From assembly GCA_004431415.1 (NCBI GenBank), contig QPMI01000057.1:1-64000 (forward strand): a DNA stretch of 64,000 nucleotides. The letters run 5' to 3'. The translations under genes were made by a program, and so were the position numbers. Source of the stretch: Cyanophora paradoxa CCMP329. Its lineage: Eukaryota; Plantae; Glaucophyta. Shown here in pieces: positions 1 to 10,300 of this stretch (position 1 is its first letter; the number at the start of each line of letters is the position of its first letter). Below the pieces are notes generated by a model. That model saw nothing but the letters and a program-made list of their open reading frames with translations. It searched no databases and was not told the origin of the DNA.

Positions 1-231
1 GGGGAAAATGGCCAAGGACCCCAAGAAGCCGAAGAAGCCGAAGGCGGCCAAGCCCCAGCCCGCCCAGCCCGCAGGCGCAGCGCCCGCGGCCCCGGCCACC
101 GCGGCTCGGGCTCGGCACCGCCCCGCCGCCGGCGCCAGCTGCGCGATGGGTATGACGGAGGACGGCATGCAGCTCACGCCCGAGCAGGTCAACGCCTTCC
201 TCGACAACTCGAAGACGGCGGCATCGAGCGC

Positions 232-1000
232 ATGGCCTGCCTGCCCGAACTTAAATGGTTCGACGTGAACACCGTGAAGTCCGACGCCACCGTCGTCTGT
301 GTCGGCAAGCGGCGCACGGGCAAGTCCTTCTTCCTTCGCGATCTCATGTTCAACCTCTCGGCACCTTCCCGGGGGTATCGTAATCAGCCAGACCGATCGC
401 CTGAACGGGTACTGGAAGCAGTACATACCCCAGCGCTTCATCTGGCCCAAGTACAACCCGGGCGTGCTCTTCCATTTATTCAGGAGACAGCAGGCGATCA
501 TGCAGCACAACAAGTCCGAAGACGTGCTGGCCGAAAGGAAGATCCCGTCGACCCGCGATTTTTCGTGCTGCTCGACGACGTGATTCCGACGCGCGGCTGC
601 GTACAGGCCCTCAACAGCTGTCGTGCGGCGCACTACAAAATCATGCCCTATCACGACCAGTATCCAAGGGCATCAATCGTCCTGCGCTCCAATACTGATC
701 TGCTTCATTTCAAGTCGCAGGCGATGCAGCGCGAGGCCTCGCAAGGAGTGGGCGCATCATATCCAGCCGCCTTCTATCCTGCTCGATAAATACACGCAGG
801 ATAACCTGCCTATCATCGATTCTTCAACAACTCTACGAACCCTCGACTCCTTACGTCTACAAGGCGAGAGCGCCCCCGTTCCAATCGGATCCAAGGAGTA
901 CTGGAGGCGAAACCGTAACGGGAAAATCTCGTGGTCGGACGACGGCCGGTGGACAAGACGCTCCTCGCTGATAAAATTCAGAAGACCGCGGCCTCGCCTG
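232..1000 (+). pseudogene. A32/FtsK-HerA family virion DNA packaging ATPase, frameshifted (ORF 8-268 may be its N-terminal extension)
   Basis: LKWFD..VVCVGKRRTGKSFFLRDLM (Walker A); GGIVISQTDRLNGYWKQYIP..FIWPKYN in a second frame; DPRFFVLLDDVI (Walker B); HYKI, LRSNTD, LDKYTQDN and IGSKEYW motifs as in NCLDV A32 ATPases. Many indels; end approximate. Confidence 0.9.
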
Positions 1001-1381
1001 ATTTTTTTGAGGCTACGTGCAACCATGTCGCCCAGCGCACATCGCCTCGTCTTCCGCGTCGAGTCCATCGCCTACGACTGCCTCTGAGGCCAGCCTGACC
1101 CCTCCTCGCCTTTAACGCGGCGATCAGCAGCGCCCTGAGAGATCTGCGACCGCTGGGAATTAACTGGAGCGCTCACGTCGGCGCGGACGAGGCCGGCCGA
1201 TCCCTGGAGCGAGATTCAGCCGGAAGAATGAACAGACGAAGGGAACAGTATTTACGTGCGACCCGGACGATTTGCGCCTCAGAGCCAGCTCGGAGGAAGA
1301 GAGGAAGAGACGAGACTCCGACGCTAGGCGGCCCCTAAAATTCCGAGCCCAGGAATGTCAAGTGTCTAGGCTCTCCCAGCT

Positions 1382-1648
1382 ATGGCAGTACGCCCTCGCC
1401 TGATCCGCTCCCTCATCGACGCCCCTCTCCTCGCACGAAGGCGAAATAGGCGGCCACCGCGAGCTCGCCGCGCAAGTCCGTCAACGCTCTCCTCGCCTGC
1501 TCTCGAAATACTGCTCACCCTCAAGTTTTCGACGACGACCCACCGCGAATTGTTCATCCTCGATTACACACGGGCAGACGAACATGCTATCAAGCTACCA
1601 CGCGAGCTCGAATCAACAGCGCTCGACGAAGGCCGCCGCGATCACTAA
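1382..1648 (+). CDS. Viral hypothetical protein (probably frameshifted)
   Basis: ORF filling the gap between viral genes; its stop abuts the VLTF3 stop. Confidence 0.4.
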   Translation: MAVRPRLIRSLIDAPLLARRRNRRPPRARRASPSTLSSPALEILLTLKFSTTTHRELFILDYTRADEHAIKLPRELESTALDEGRRDH

Positions 1649-2432
1649 GAGTAGCTAAGAGTAGGAAGAAATGCAGTCTGTACCGCAGATCTGTTCCAAA
1701 TCGAATCAACTCGAGAGTTTTGCTGCTCTTGAGCAAGGAAAGTAGGGAGGTGCTGGGCAAATCTAGCAGCACGAAATCTGCCTGAAAACGTAGTTGTAGT
1801 TGAGCAATTCTTCCTACCCTGCGACTTGAAAATGCTGAAGGACTCCACCAGGCGAACATCTCCTGCACCCGGTCCATATCCTCCGCGCTCATCGGAGCGG
1901 GCGCTCGCCGTGATGCGCACTTGATCTCGCCCAGCGCTCGATGTACTTCTGCTGCTTCAGAGCCCGGAGAACTTGGCGGATATTGTCTTTGCTCCACTCC
2001 TTCCTGCCATGCGCCTCCAATAGCTGCCAGCACGTCTCGGTACAGGAGAACTCCAGCAGTGCTGCTTAAGTCGCTCAGATACGTGGTACTTGCGCAGTAG
2101 TGCTGTGGATTTCGCTGACAGCCAGGGTTGATGTCCGATAATAAAGATCCAGACCAGACGCAGCCTTGGCAAACCAGATCCCATCCAGGTGAACACCAAC
2201 GAGGCGTAGAGCCGCAATTTCCGCAGGGACAGCGCTCGCCTTGGGGCTTGGTGCGACGGTTGCGCTTGCGGGGCGCTCTCCGGCTCCAAGGTAGGAACTG
2301 TGATGGCGCGGCGGCGGCGGGTACGGTGCCGGAGTGTCGAAGTCTGGGTCCCCCTCGTCGTGAAGGATGCGCCGTAGCGCTGGATCTGCTCAAAGTTTCG
2401 GAGGAGAGATCGATTTCGCCAGAGTCTGCCAT
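1645..2432 (-). pseudogene. VLTF3 (poxvirus A2L-like late transcription factor), frameshifted
   Basis: N-terminal Zn ribbon (CGNCG...LVCQGC); RKYHVSERLKQ; C-terminal pieces across frames MF..VESFSIFKSQGRKN, NYNYVFRQI, LLDL, LLKSSK, DSIWN match the VLTF3 C-terminal consensus. Confidence 0.8.
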
Positions 2433-2449
2433 TCTCCGAGTCTCGTATG

Positions 2450-2615
2450 CAGCTGAGCTACGCCTTGCAGAAGTAGCAAACTGGCTTCACGCAATCGAGT
2501 GGGTCCCAGCCGCAGGTGAGCCCGCAGATGTGACAGAAGGCGTTGCTCAGGTGATTCATGTGAGGCTCAGGTGATCGCTCAGGTGAGGCGCAGGCGTACC
2601 CCGGGGCCCACGTGG
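2450..2615. promoter_or_regulatory. Cluster of CANNTG (mostly CAGGTGA) motifs in the divergent VLTF3/HUH-1 intergenic region
   Basis: CANNTG at 2450, 2513, 2525, 2548, 2557, 2568, 2580 and 2609. Confidence 0.45.
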
Positions 2616-2658
2616 AAGCTCACCCTAGCCTCGGAAAATTTTCTAGGCCTTGTCTGAC

Positions 2659-3476
2659 ATGCTCAACCTCATCGCGAGGGCGTAGCAGCAAACAGGCAAG
2701 CCCGCGCCCCGAACCGCACCTCCGCATGGACGCCTCCGCCGCTCCCGGGTAGAGACTCACATCGTGGTGGCAACATCAACGACAGGTGCTGGCACCACAA
2801 GACGTGGTTCCAGAAGGTGCTGACGCGGCGCCACCAAGACCTTCACGACGCCGTCCGGGTAGTCGAGCAGAGCCGCAGCGCGAGTCGAATTTTATGATCA
2901 CCATCCAGACCAACTACAAGCCCGGAGCAGGGGAGAAGGCTCCAAGGTTCAAGACGCCTTTCACAGGGGCTGGAGGCCCTTTTCTACGACGACAGCAGCT
3001 GCAAAGTGCATAAAGATGGGGTATACGCGGACAAGGCGAACCCCAAGGTCTCGATTTTAAATCGGACATGTACGACACGCACGTGGAGAGGGCAACGCGA
3101 ACATCGGCATCGAGTACGGCCGCGGTCGGGCGGCTCACCGCACATCCTGCTCACGCTGGTGCACTACTCGCGCGTGCAATCGACGGCAAGCGGGCGTCGG
3201 ATTTCCTCATCGATTTCATGCGGACGGAGGGCAGGCGGCCTGCCGAATTTTACAAGGACGACTGGTTCGGAGAGGAGTACCAGAAGACGCGGTGCGCCCG
3301 ATACGGAGAAAGACGCCCTCGGCATGCAGTGGACGGGCAAGGAGACGGGCTACAGGAAGCGAGAAACCGCCAGGCAGATGCACGTAGACGTAAAATTGCT
3401 ACCGCAGAGCAACCTTAAGGATCTGCTGCAGCTGTACATTACGAAGACGGTAGAGGCCTCCGAGACGGTGCTGTAA
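2659..3476 (+). pseudogene. HUH-superfamily rolling-circle replication endonuclease, paralog 1, frameshifted
   Basis: Motif I SNFMITIQTN (about 2885-2914); motif II H-x-HILLTLVH (about 3136-3164, 1-nt indel within); motif III LQLYITKT (YxxK at 3435-3446). Confidence 0.75.
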
Positions 3477-3509
3477 AGCTCGTGTAATTTTTTCTTGTAG
3501 CCAATAAAT

Positions 3510-5455
3510 ATGCTCCGAAGCGCCGAGGCGTAAGAAGAAGCCGGAGAGCGAGTCGAGGGTCGGCGTACAGGAAGAGAGAAGCCAGAATCGGAATCAGAGG
3601 AAGAGTAGAAGAGGAAGAGCCGAGGATGAGCCGAAGCCAAAGGGGAAGCGGGGGAAGAAGATGAAGGAAAAGAAATACAACGAGCTCGATATGCCCATAG
3701 TCGAAATTCCAAAGCGGGCCGTGCTGGTCGAGGGCGAAAACGGGCAGATCATCGAAATGCAGAAGGGCATCCCGGATGTAGTTAAAATTCTCGAGGATCC
3801 GATCACGCGCGTGCAGGTACCGGAAACCACTGCGCTCGACGCCTACTACAAAGATGCCACGTTCTGGAGCATCCACAGCAAGCAGTTCTACGACGCGCTG
3901 CCCGAGGAGCGCCTGCGGGCCATCCCGCGCGCCTTCCAGAGCGCCCAAAATCGCGCCCGTCTGCTACCGCTGCCTGCGCCTCATGTACGAAATCCCGAGC
4001 ATACCCCGCAAAAAGGGCACCGCGGAGGCCGTCGCGGAGGCGACCGAAGAAGGAGGCGCGTACGCCGATTACGCGAAAAAGGTCGACAAGGCAAACGAGT
4101 GGCGAAGGCGCAAAGGCCAAAAAACAAGTACCCCCGATCAAAGACAAGAAGCCCGCGCAGCTGCCCCGGTGTACCCGAAGAACTCGTGGCTCTGCATGCA
4201 GTGCTACCGATTCCTGGACGATCGCGGCCTCCTCGCGATTTGGGCCTGCAGCGGCGCAAGAGGGCGACACCACGCCGTGTCGGCGCAGGCGCAGAATCAG
4301 ATGGCGCAGACGGTGCTGGGCGGCCGAGACGAAGGCCTCGAAATCCGCCAAGGATATGGCCGCCGCCTTCGGCAGTCGACCATCGCGCCGGGTTCGGGCC
4401 AGGAGAAAATTAGGAAGCAGGATATCGCCGCGCCCGACATGAGCAGGATCGACGAGATCCTAAGGAAATCGACGGAGGTGAGGAGAACATAGAAAAGACG
4501 AAAACGGGGCTGCAGCCGCGAGGGCCAACGGGCTGGAGGCGCTCGAAAAGGTCATCACCGAAATCAACGAGACGGGCCGCTCGGTTTTCATCCTCAACAA
4601 AAAGAACGCCGACGGCAGCACGCGCTACGATATTCGACAGGCGCGCCAGTCGCGGTACTGGGTGCTCTTCAACACACACAAGAGGCTGGGCGCCGCGAGA
4701 GAATTCGAGGTGGAGGCCTTCCGCGGCAGCCTGGCCCAGGTGCTCTCGGACGCCGAATTCTACAAGTTCATTCGATTTAATTTAAAGGAAGAGGACGGCA
4801 AGTACAAGGACGATACCTTTGCAAACGCCATCATCGGAATTCGCGTGCAGGGGGCGTGGAAGTGGGCCGACCGACGGCTGCTTGCACGCCCACGTGCTCG
4901 TCACGATCGACCACATATCGAACCTGCAGGTGCTCTGGGCAAAGTACGATTGGGTCGTGGTACTCAAGGAAAAGGAGCCGGGTACGACAACCGTCTACGA
5001 GAGGCTGGGCGAAATTCTGGCCGGCAAATTCGCGGAGGCCGGAAGGAGGCTGGTGGAGCAGCTGCAGCAAGAGGCGGGCAGACGCGGAGAGAATCCTGCA
5101 GAACGCGGAGCTCATCGACGACCTGAACCGGGGGAGAATCGGCATGGGAAAAGACCCGCCCACCATCCTCGCCGAGCTGATTCCGGAGGAAAATTACGGC
5201 GGGCGGCTGCAGGAGTACCTCACGAAGACGCTGCCCGAGACGCAGCGGCGCGACCTGCTGAAGCAGTGGTCGCACGCGCGCAACCAGAATAACACCGACA
5301 ACAACACGGACGGCTACCTCTTCTCCATCTTCCAGACGGAGTCCGCCCCCTCGGACGATCCGCGCTTCGCGCCGCAGGCCGCCGAGATCGGAGGGCTGGG
5401 CCGCGGCGCGGAAAGGGCAAGGGGCGCGGAAGGGGCAGGGGCCGCGGTTAATTAA
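3510..5455 (+). pseudogene. Large protein with N-terminal CxxC..CxxC region and a HUH endonuclease domain, paralog 2, frameshifted
   Basis: CYRC and CMQC; motif I SRYWVLFNTH (about 4649-4678); motif II LHAHVLVTIDH (HAH at 4885-4893); motif III LQEYLTKT (5216-5227). ORF pieces chain by small frameshifts. Confidence 0.75.
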
Positions 5456-5472
5456 TCTGACGCGCCCGCAAG

Positions 5473-5735
5473 ATGTTCCAGGGGAATGCACCCACTCGGA
5501 CGTCATCACCGTCGTATGCGGCGCGCTCTTCCTGATTTCCGAGCTGCTGGGCGGCACGGAGCGAGTGCGCCCAACACCGTGCTGGGCGCCCTGAAGGCGG
5601 CGGCCCTTAGGGTCGTGCGCCGCGGGCAGCCCGAGCCCGAGCCCCCGCCCGAGCAGAGGCGCGAGAGCGTCCAGAACATAGGCCCGCACCACGTGGACAT
5701 TCAGATGACGCAGACCGGTACGCGTTTTTTTCTAG
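5473..5735 (+). CDS. Small viral membrane protein (frameshifted; end approximate)
   Basis: Hydrophobic DVITVVCGALFLISELLGG followed by PNTVLGALKAAAL. Confidence 0.45.
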
Positions 5736-5747
5736 AGAACATGGGAA

Positions 5748-6104
5748 ATGGAGACTCCCGCGACACCAGCCCCCAGCGCCGAGGATCAATCGTCCACCAA
5801 CACCAGCACCAGCAGCAGCACCACGGCCTACCCTTGGCTTCTTAGGACTTACGCGCGAAAGAAGCAGCAGCAGCCGAAGGCACCGGCGGAAATGGCGGCT
5901 GACCTGGATCGGTGCACCCGCCGCGCCATCGCGAGCTACGCCAAGCGGGTCGAGCAGTACCACCCCCAGATGGCAGAGGACGCCAGGGCGTACGCGAAAA
6001 ACCCCGCCGCGAGCCCGCCCGTGATGGCCGCCGTCATCGACCGGCTGCAGTGGGCGCTGCACGAGGAGGGAGAGCGCGTCAGGAATTTCTTCATGCCCAA
6101 GTAA
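5748..6104 (+). CDS. Viral hypothetical protein, 118 aa
   Basis: Intact ORF preceded by TTTTCT...AAATG motif. Confidence 0.65.
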   Translation: METPATPAPSAEDQSSTNTSTSSSTTAYPWLLRTYARKKQQQPKAPAEMAADLDRCTRRAIASYAKRVEQYHPQMAEDARAYAKNPAASPPVMAAVIDRLQWALHEEGERVRNFFMPK

Positions 6105-6132
6105 ATTTCTGAAAGGGGCCTTAAACCCGAGA

Positions 6133-6297
6133 ATGATGTCCCTGCCGAGCCTCGACAACATCCTCAGCGATTCGCGCTACCTGGGCAGCCTCCTGACCCT
6201 CGGCGCCGTTGCGTACATGTCGCCCGCGCGCTACTACCTGCTGCGGATCCTCCTCGCACAATTCGCGGGCTACTACTTCGTGGGCCCACCCTCCTGA
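6133..6297 (+). CDS. Small hydrophobic (two-TM-like) viral protein, 54 aa, below the ORF-track cut-off
   Basis: MMSLPSLDNILSDSRYLGSLLTLGAVAYMSPARYYLLRILLAQFAGYYFVGPPS*, preceded by AATTTCT motif. Confidence 0.55.
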   Translation: MMSLPSLDNILSDSRYLGSLLTLGAVAYMSPARYYLLRILLAQFAGYYFVGPPS

Positions 6298-6349
6298 ACA
6301 TGGGACCGAAGCGGGCTTAATTTCTCAGCCCCTCCTAAGGCCCTAAATA

Positions 6350-6798
6350 ATGTCCTGCGTTAACCTCTACGTCCAGTCGAACGGAGAGACGCAGGATTCC
6401 GAGGGCTTCTGGCGCCTCAGGCTGAACCAGATCCCTCCGACATCGACACGCTGCAGATCAAGGGAGTCTACCTGGAGCTGGACACGACCGCGATTCCGGA
6501 CCCCACCGCCGCGAAAACCGTAAACGTGCTGCTGATGGACGTGCCCGATTTGAACGTCACGACCATCTCGAACGTGAACGCGTGCATCAACAAGGTCGTG
6601 ATTCCGACGTGGGGCCACGACGGCCTGGAAAACACCATCCTTTACTGGTTCGAGGTGCCCATGGCCGTGCGCCCGAATTACGTCGCGTACGACAAATTCC
6701 AGGAGCTGCGCGTGCGCTTCACCGACATCACGGGCGCCACCAAGAAGAACAACGCCTTCATCGTCAAGAACTTCGGCCTCTGGGCCTACGCTAAGTAG
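6350..6798 (+). CDS. Beta-rich viral protein, candidate single-jelly-roll minor capsid/penton (frameshifted)
   Basis: About 150 aa with alternating hydrophobic strands; C-terminal ELRVRFTDITG resembles penton C-termini. Function is inference. Confidence 0.4.
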
Positions 6799-6827
6799 GC
6801 CGACTAGATTTTCGCAGGCCCCCTTAA

Positions 6828-7303
6828 ATGCGCCTGATCATATTCCCGCGAAAGGGCTCGGGCGTCAAGACGCGTACCTTTACGGGCGTGCCTGGCTACC
6901 CCTCGCCCCTTACTTACAGAGTCGATCTTGTAACCGCCTCTGGTCCAATTAAATACGGGCTGCTGCACAGCCTCAGTCACATCCGTCTCGGTGAGAGCGC
7001 ATGGCAGGACTTGGCCTTAATCGTAGAATTCGAGTACAGGGGGGTAGACACGCTAATGGGCGATCACTTTTACAGGGTACGGGTAGCAAGGGAGGGGTAC
7101 TCGCTGCCGAACGGCACGGGTGGGAATACTGGGAGCCAAAGATTCGCGACGCCTCCGAGGCCTACCGCTGGCTGCGTGACGAGCAGATCACTATCAGGCC
7201 CGATTACCCCTACGCCGACGTTTTCTGGCAGGTGCCCGTGGGCCGCTGGACAACGGGCGAGGTGAGCGGCAAGCTGAAGTGGACGTGGGACGCGGAGCAT
7301 TAG
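6828..7303 (+). CDS. Viral hypothetical protein (one frameshift near 7110)
   Basis: ATTTTC...TAAATG start; ORFs 6828-7265 and 7001-7303 join into about 158 aa. Confidence 0.55.
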
Positions 7304-7328
7304 TTAATTTTTCTCTCTCGCGGATAAA

Positions 7329-10300
7329 ATGTCGATGCTCGACGACCCCTGGCGCATGGCCATCCCGAATCCGGACGAGGTGCTGAACGGTGCCTTCGCG
7401 ATAGACGGGAGCCTGAGCGTGAGGGGAATTTACGCGGATGAGATAAGGCTGCGCAAGGGCGCGACCTACAGCGATTTCCTGACGTCCGTCGGTACCTTGG
7501 ACGATTACGGTGACCTCACCGCAATTATCAAGGGGCTCTGGGCGTGACGACCGAGACGGGCGTGGACTGGAACATTATCAAGAGGGCGGCCGACGTGAAA
7601 ATCGCAAACTCGGTCACCGCAAAGGATGCCACCCTGAACCTCGTGAAACTGACTCTAAAGGGGCAGAGGGAGACGTGAGGCCCGGGTACAACGCACTCGA
7701 GCGCATCGCGGGCCCCCTGCGCCACATCTACTGGAGCCGCCAGGCGCTGCCGAGCATGGAGCCCGAGCAGTACAGGCGCGACAGGGAGGAGTTTTTCGCG
7801 TGGTTCGACCACTTCAAGGTCAACATCCGCGCCCTGAGCGCCGACAGGACGGGCGAGACGCCGGAGACGACGGGCGGGGGCCGCATCCCAACGGCGCCCG
7901 ACGTGCTCCCGATCGCTCGGACTGGGCGAAGACGCAGAACTGGGCGCTGAAGGACCACTTCCACGACGAGAGGTACGCCCTCGTCAAGCACCCGCACGTG
8001 AAGGCCGACATCACGGACTGGGCGCACCGCCACCTGTACGACGACATCATCGGCGGGCCCAAGGTGCCGGGTGCGATTCCGGGTGGGGGTACGGGTGGTG
8101 GAAGCACGGGAGGTGGGGGTACAGGCACCGGGGTGGGGGTACAGGCACCGGGGTGGGGTACAGGCACGGGGGGCGGAGGGGGCTCCAGCGGCACGCCAGT
8201 GGGCGGGGGCGGGGGCAGCAGCGGCTCGGGTGGCGGCGGCTCAGGCGGGGAGGGCATGGATAAGGTAGCAGGCCTCGCCACTTCAACGGCCATCTTCGGG
8301 GGCGCCCTCATCGTAGGCGGCATCAAATACTACAAGGATCGGAAGGGGTTCGTGAGGCAAATCGACGAGCTGAACGCGAGACCCCCCATTAAATTCGATA
8401 CCGAGGACGCGCAGCGCGAGTACTACAAACTCGAGAACGAAAAGAAGCAATGGAGCGAGCTGAAAGACAAGGAAATGACAGAGGTCGCGGAGAAGAAGGC
8501 GGAAGCGAACAAGCTGATGACAGACGCGCAAAGGCAGGAAGAGAGCGCCCTCACCGCGCTAAGGTCGGCAGAGCGCCAGGTCGCGGAAGAGCGCACGAAA
8601 ATGATACTCGACGCCGAGGAGGAGCTGAAGAGGATAAACGAGCAAAGGGAAGCCGCCAAGGCGAAAAAGCTGCAGGAAATTGAAGCGCTGACCGCAGGCA
8701 CCGAGCTGCTTGAGGCGCAGAGGAAAGAGATCGAGGATAGGAAGAAGAAATTGGAAAAGGAGGCAGAGACGAGAAGGCAGCTGCTGGAGAGGAAGAGGAA
8801 ACGAGGAGAAAGGCAGGAGAGCTGCAAACGGGGCGGTGCAGGAGGCGAACAGGCTCCGGGAGGAAATCAAAAATTTAAAGGAGGCCGCCGAGCGCGCGGA
8901 CGAGCAGTCGAAAAAATTCAAGGCCAACGCGGACGAGCTGGCACAGAGGCTGCTCAAGTACGCGGCCACGGCAGAGGCTCGCTCGCCCATGGGGACGGCC
9001 GAGACGCAGACGACGCCGAGGCCCGATCCGAGGCCGGCCGCCGAGAGGCTGCCCTTCGCGCGGCTGGGTAGGAGCGACCAGGTGGAAGAGCTCATTGGCC
9101 TCACGCTCGAGGATCAGAGGGCCCTCTTCGACGCGTTAGAGCAGCGGCGCAGGGCGGACGAGGAGGCAGCTGCCAAGACAGAAGAGGAACGACTGAAGGC
9201 AATGCAAACTGCATCAGACGAGGAATTTGCACGGCTGGAGGAGCCGAAGGTAGCGGAGCGTAAGCGACGACTGGAGACGTTCAGGGGGCGCAGATGGATT
9301 TTTACCGCTCGGAGCTCAAAAACTGAAAGAAGGAAATGCATCGGGGGACAGGGTCCGCGCCATGGAAGAGAACATGCGCGACTTTAGCTACGTTATGGAT
9401 CAGCTGACGGGAAGGGGTCAGAAAGACGCCGAAGAACTGAGGAGAAAGATGGCCGATGAGAAGTGGAAAAACTTTGAGCGTCAGGCTGTTCAGAGGCCCA
9501 TCAGCGATGCCATCTGGATAGCATACGGCGACGTGGAGGAGATGCACCGCGAACTGCGGACGGAAGTGAGCCTATGGCGGGGAGCCCTCGAATGGTCACT
9601 GTACCGGATGCAAAAGGGAAAGTTTGTGGCAGAGCTGCGAGCCAATCCGAAAACGGTGAGCGCGGGCGCACAGAGCGCGTACCTCTCCATGGTCGATTAC
9701 GTGGGCAAGCTGAGCAAATTTTGGGAAATGCGAAGAGCCATCATTCCAGCGGAGGGGCTCGCGCAGTACGATGCCATGGTGCGCGATCTGGAGGCCTTCA
9801 AACGTGAGCACCCACCCGCCAAATACAAGATTCACATAGATACGACGGCATTCATGGCGATCTAAGGAAGAGAGGAGACGAGGCCAAGAGTCAGATCGAG
9901 GAGCGCTACAGAAAGGCCCAAGCGGACAAGGAGTACGCAAACAGGGTGATTGAAGAGCGGAAGCAGCAGGCGAAGGAGAACGCGGCGAGACGCAACGCCG
10001 AGATAGAAGAGCAGAGGCGGAAGATCGCAGAGCGCAAGGCGGCAGAGGAAGAGGCAAGAAAGACCAAGGTAGAGACAGAGTACCAAGCATTGAAACGGGA
10101 GGCCAATCAAATATTAAAACGAAGGGGAAGGGCGTACGCCGATGAGGGCGCGGGCGTCGGCTTGGCCAGCCCAGACGACATCACACTCGCGGAGAGGGAC
10201 GACGTTTCCGTGGAGGAGATGCGCCGGGCACCGCCCGCCTGCCCTCCGAGGGCGTGTTTCAGACGCTCGACAGGCGCGTGATGGGCGACTCGGACGTTAT

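Noticed and set aside
232-5455. Programmed ribosomal frameshifting or an alternative genetic code
   Set aside because: Shifts are too numerous and irregular, remove conserved residues and lack consistent slippery sites.
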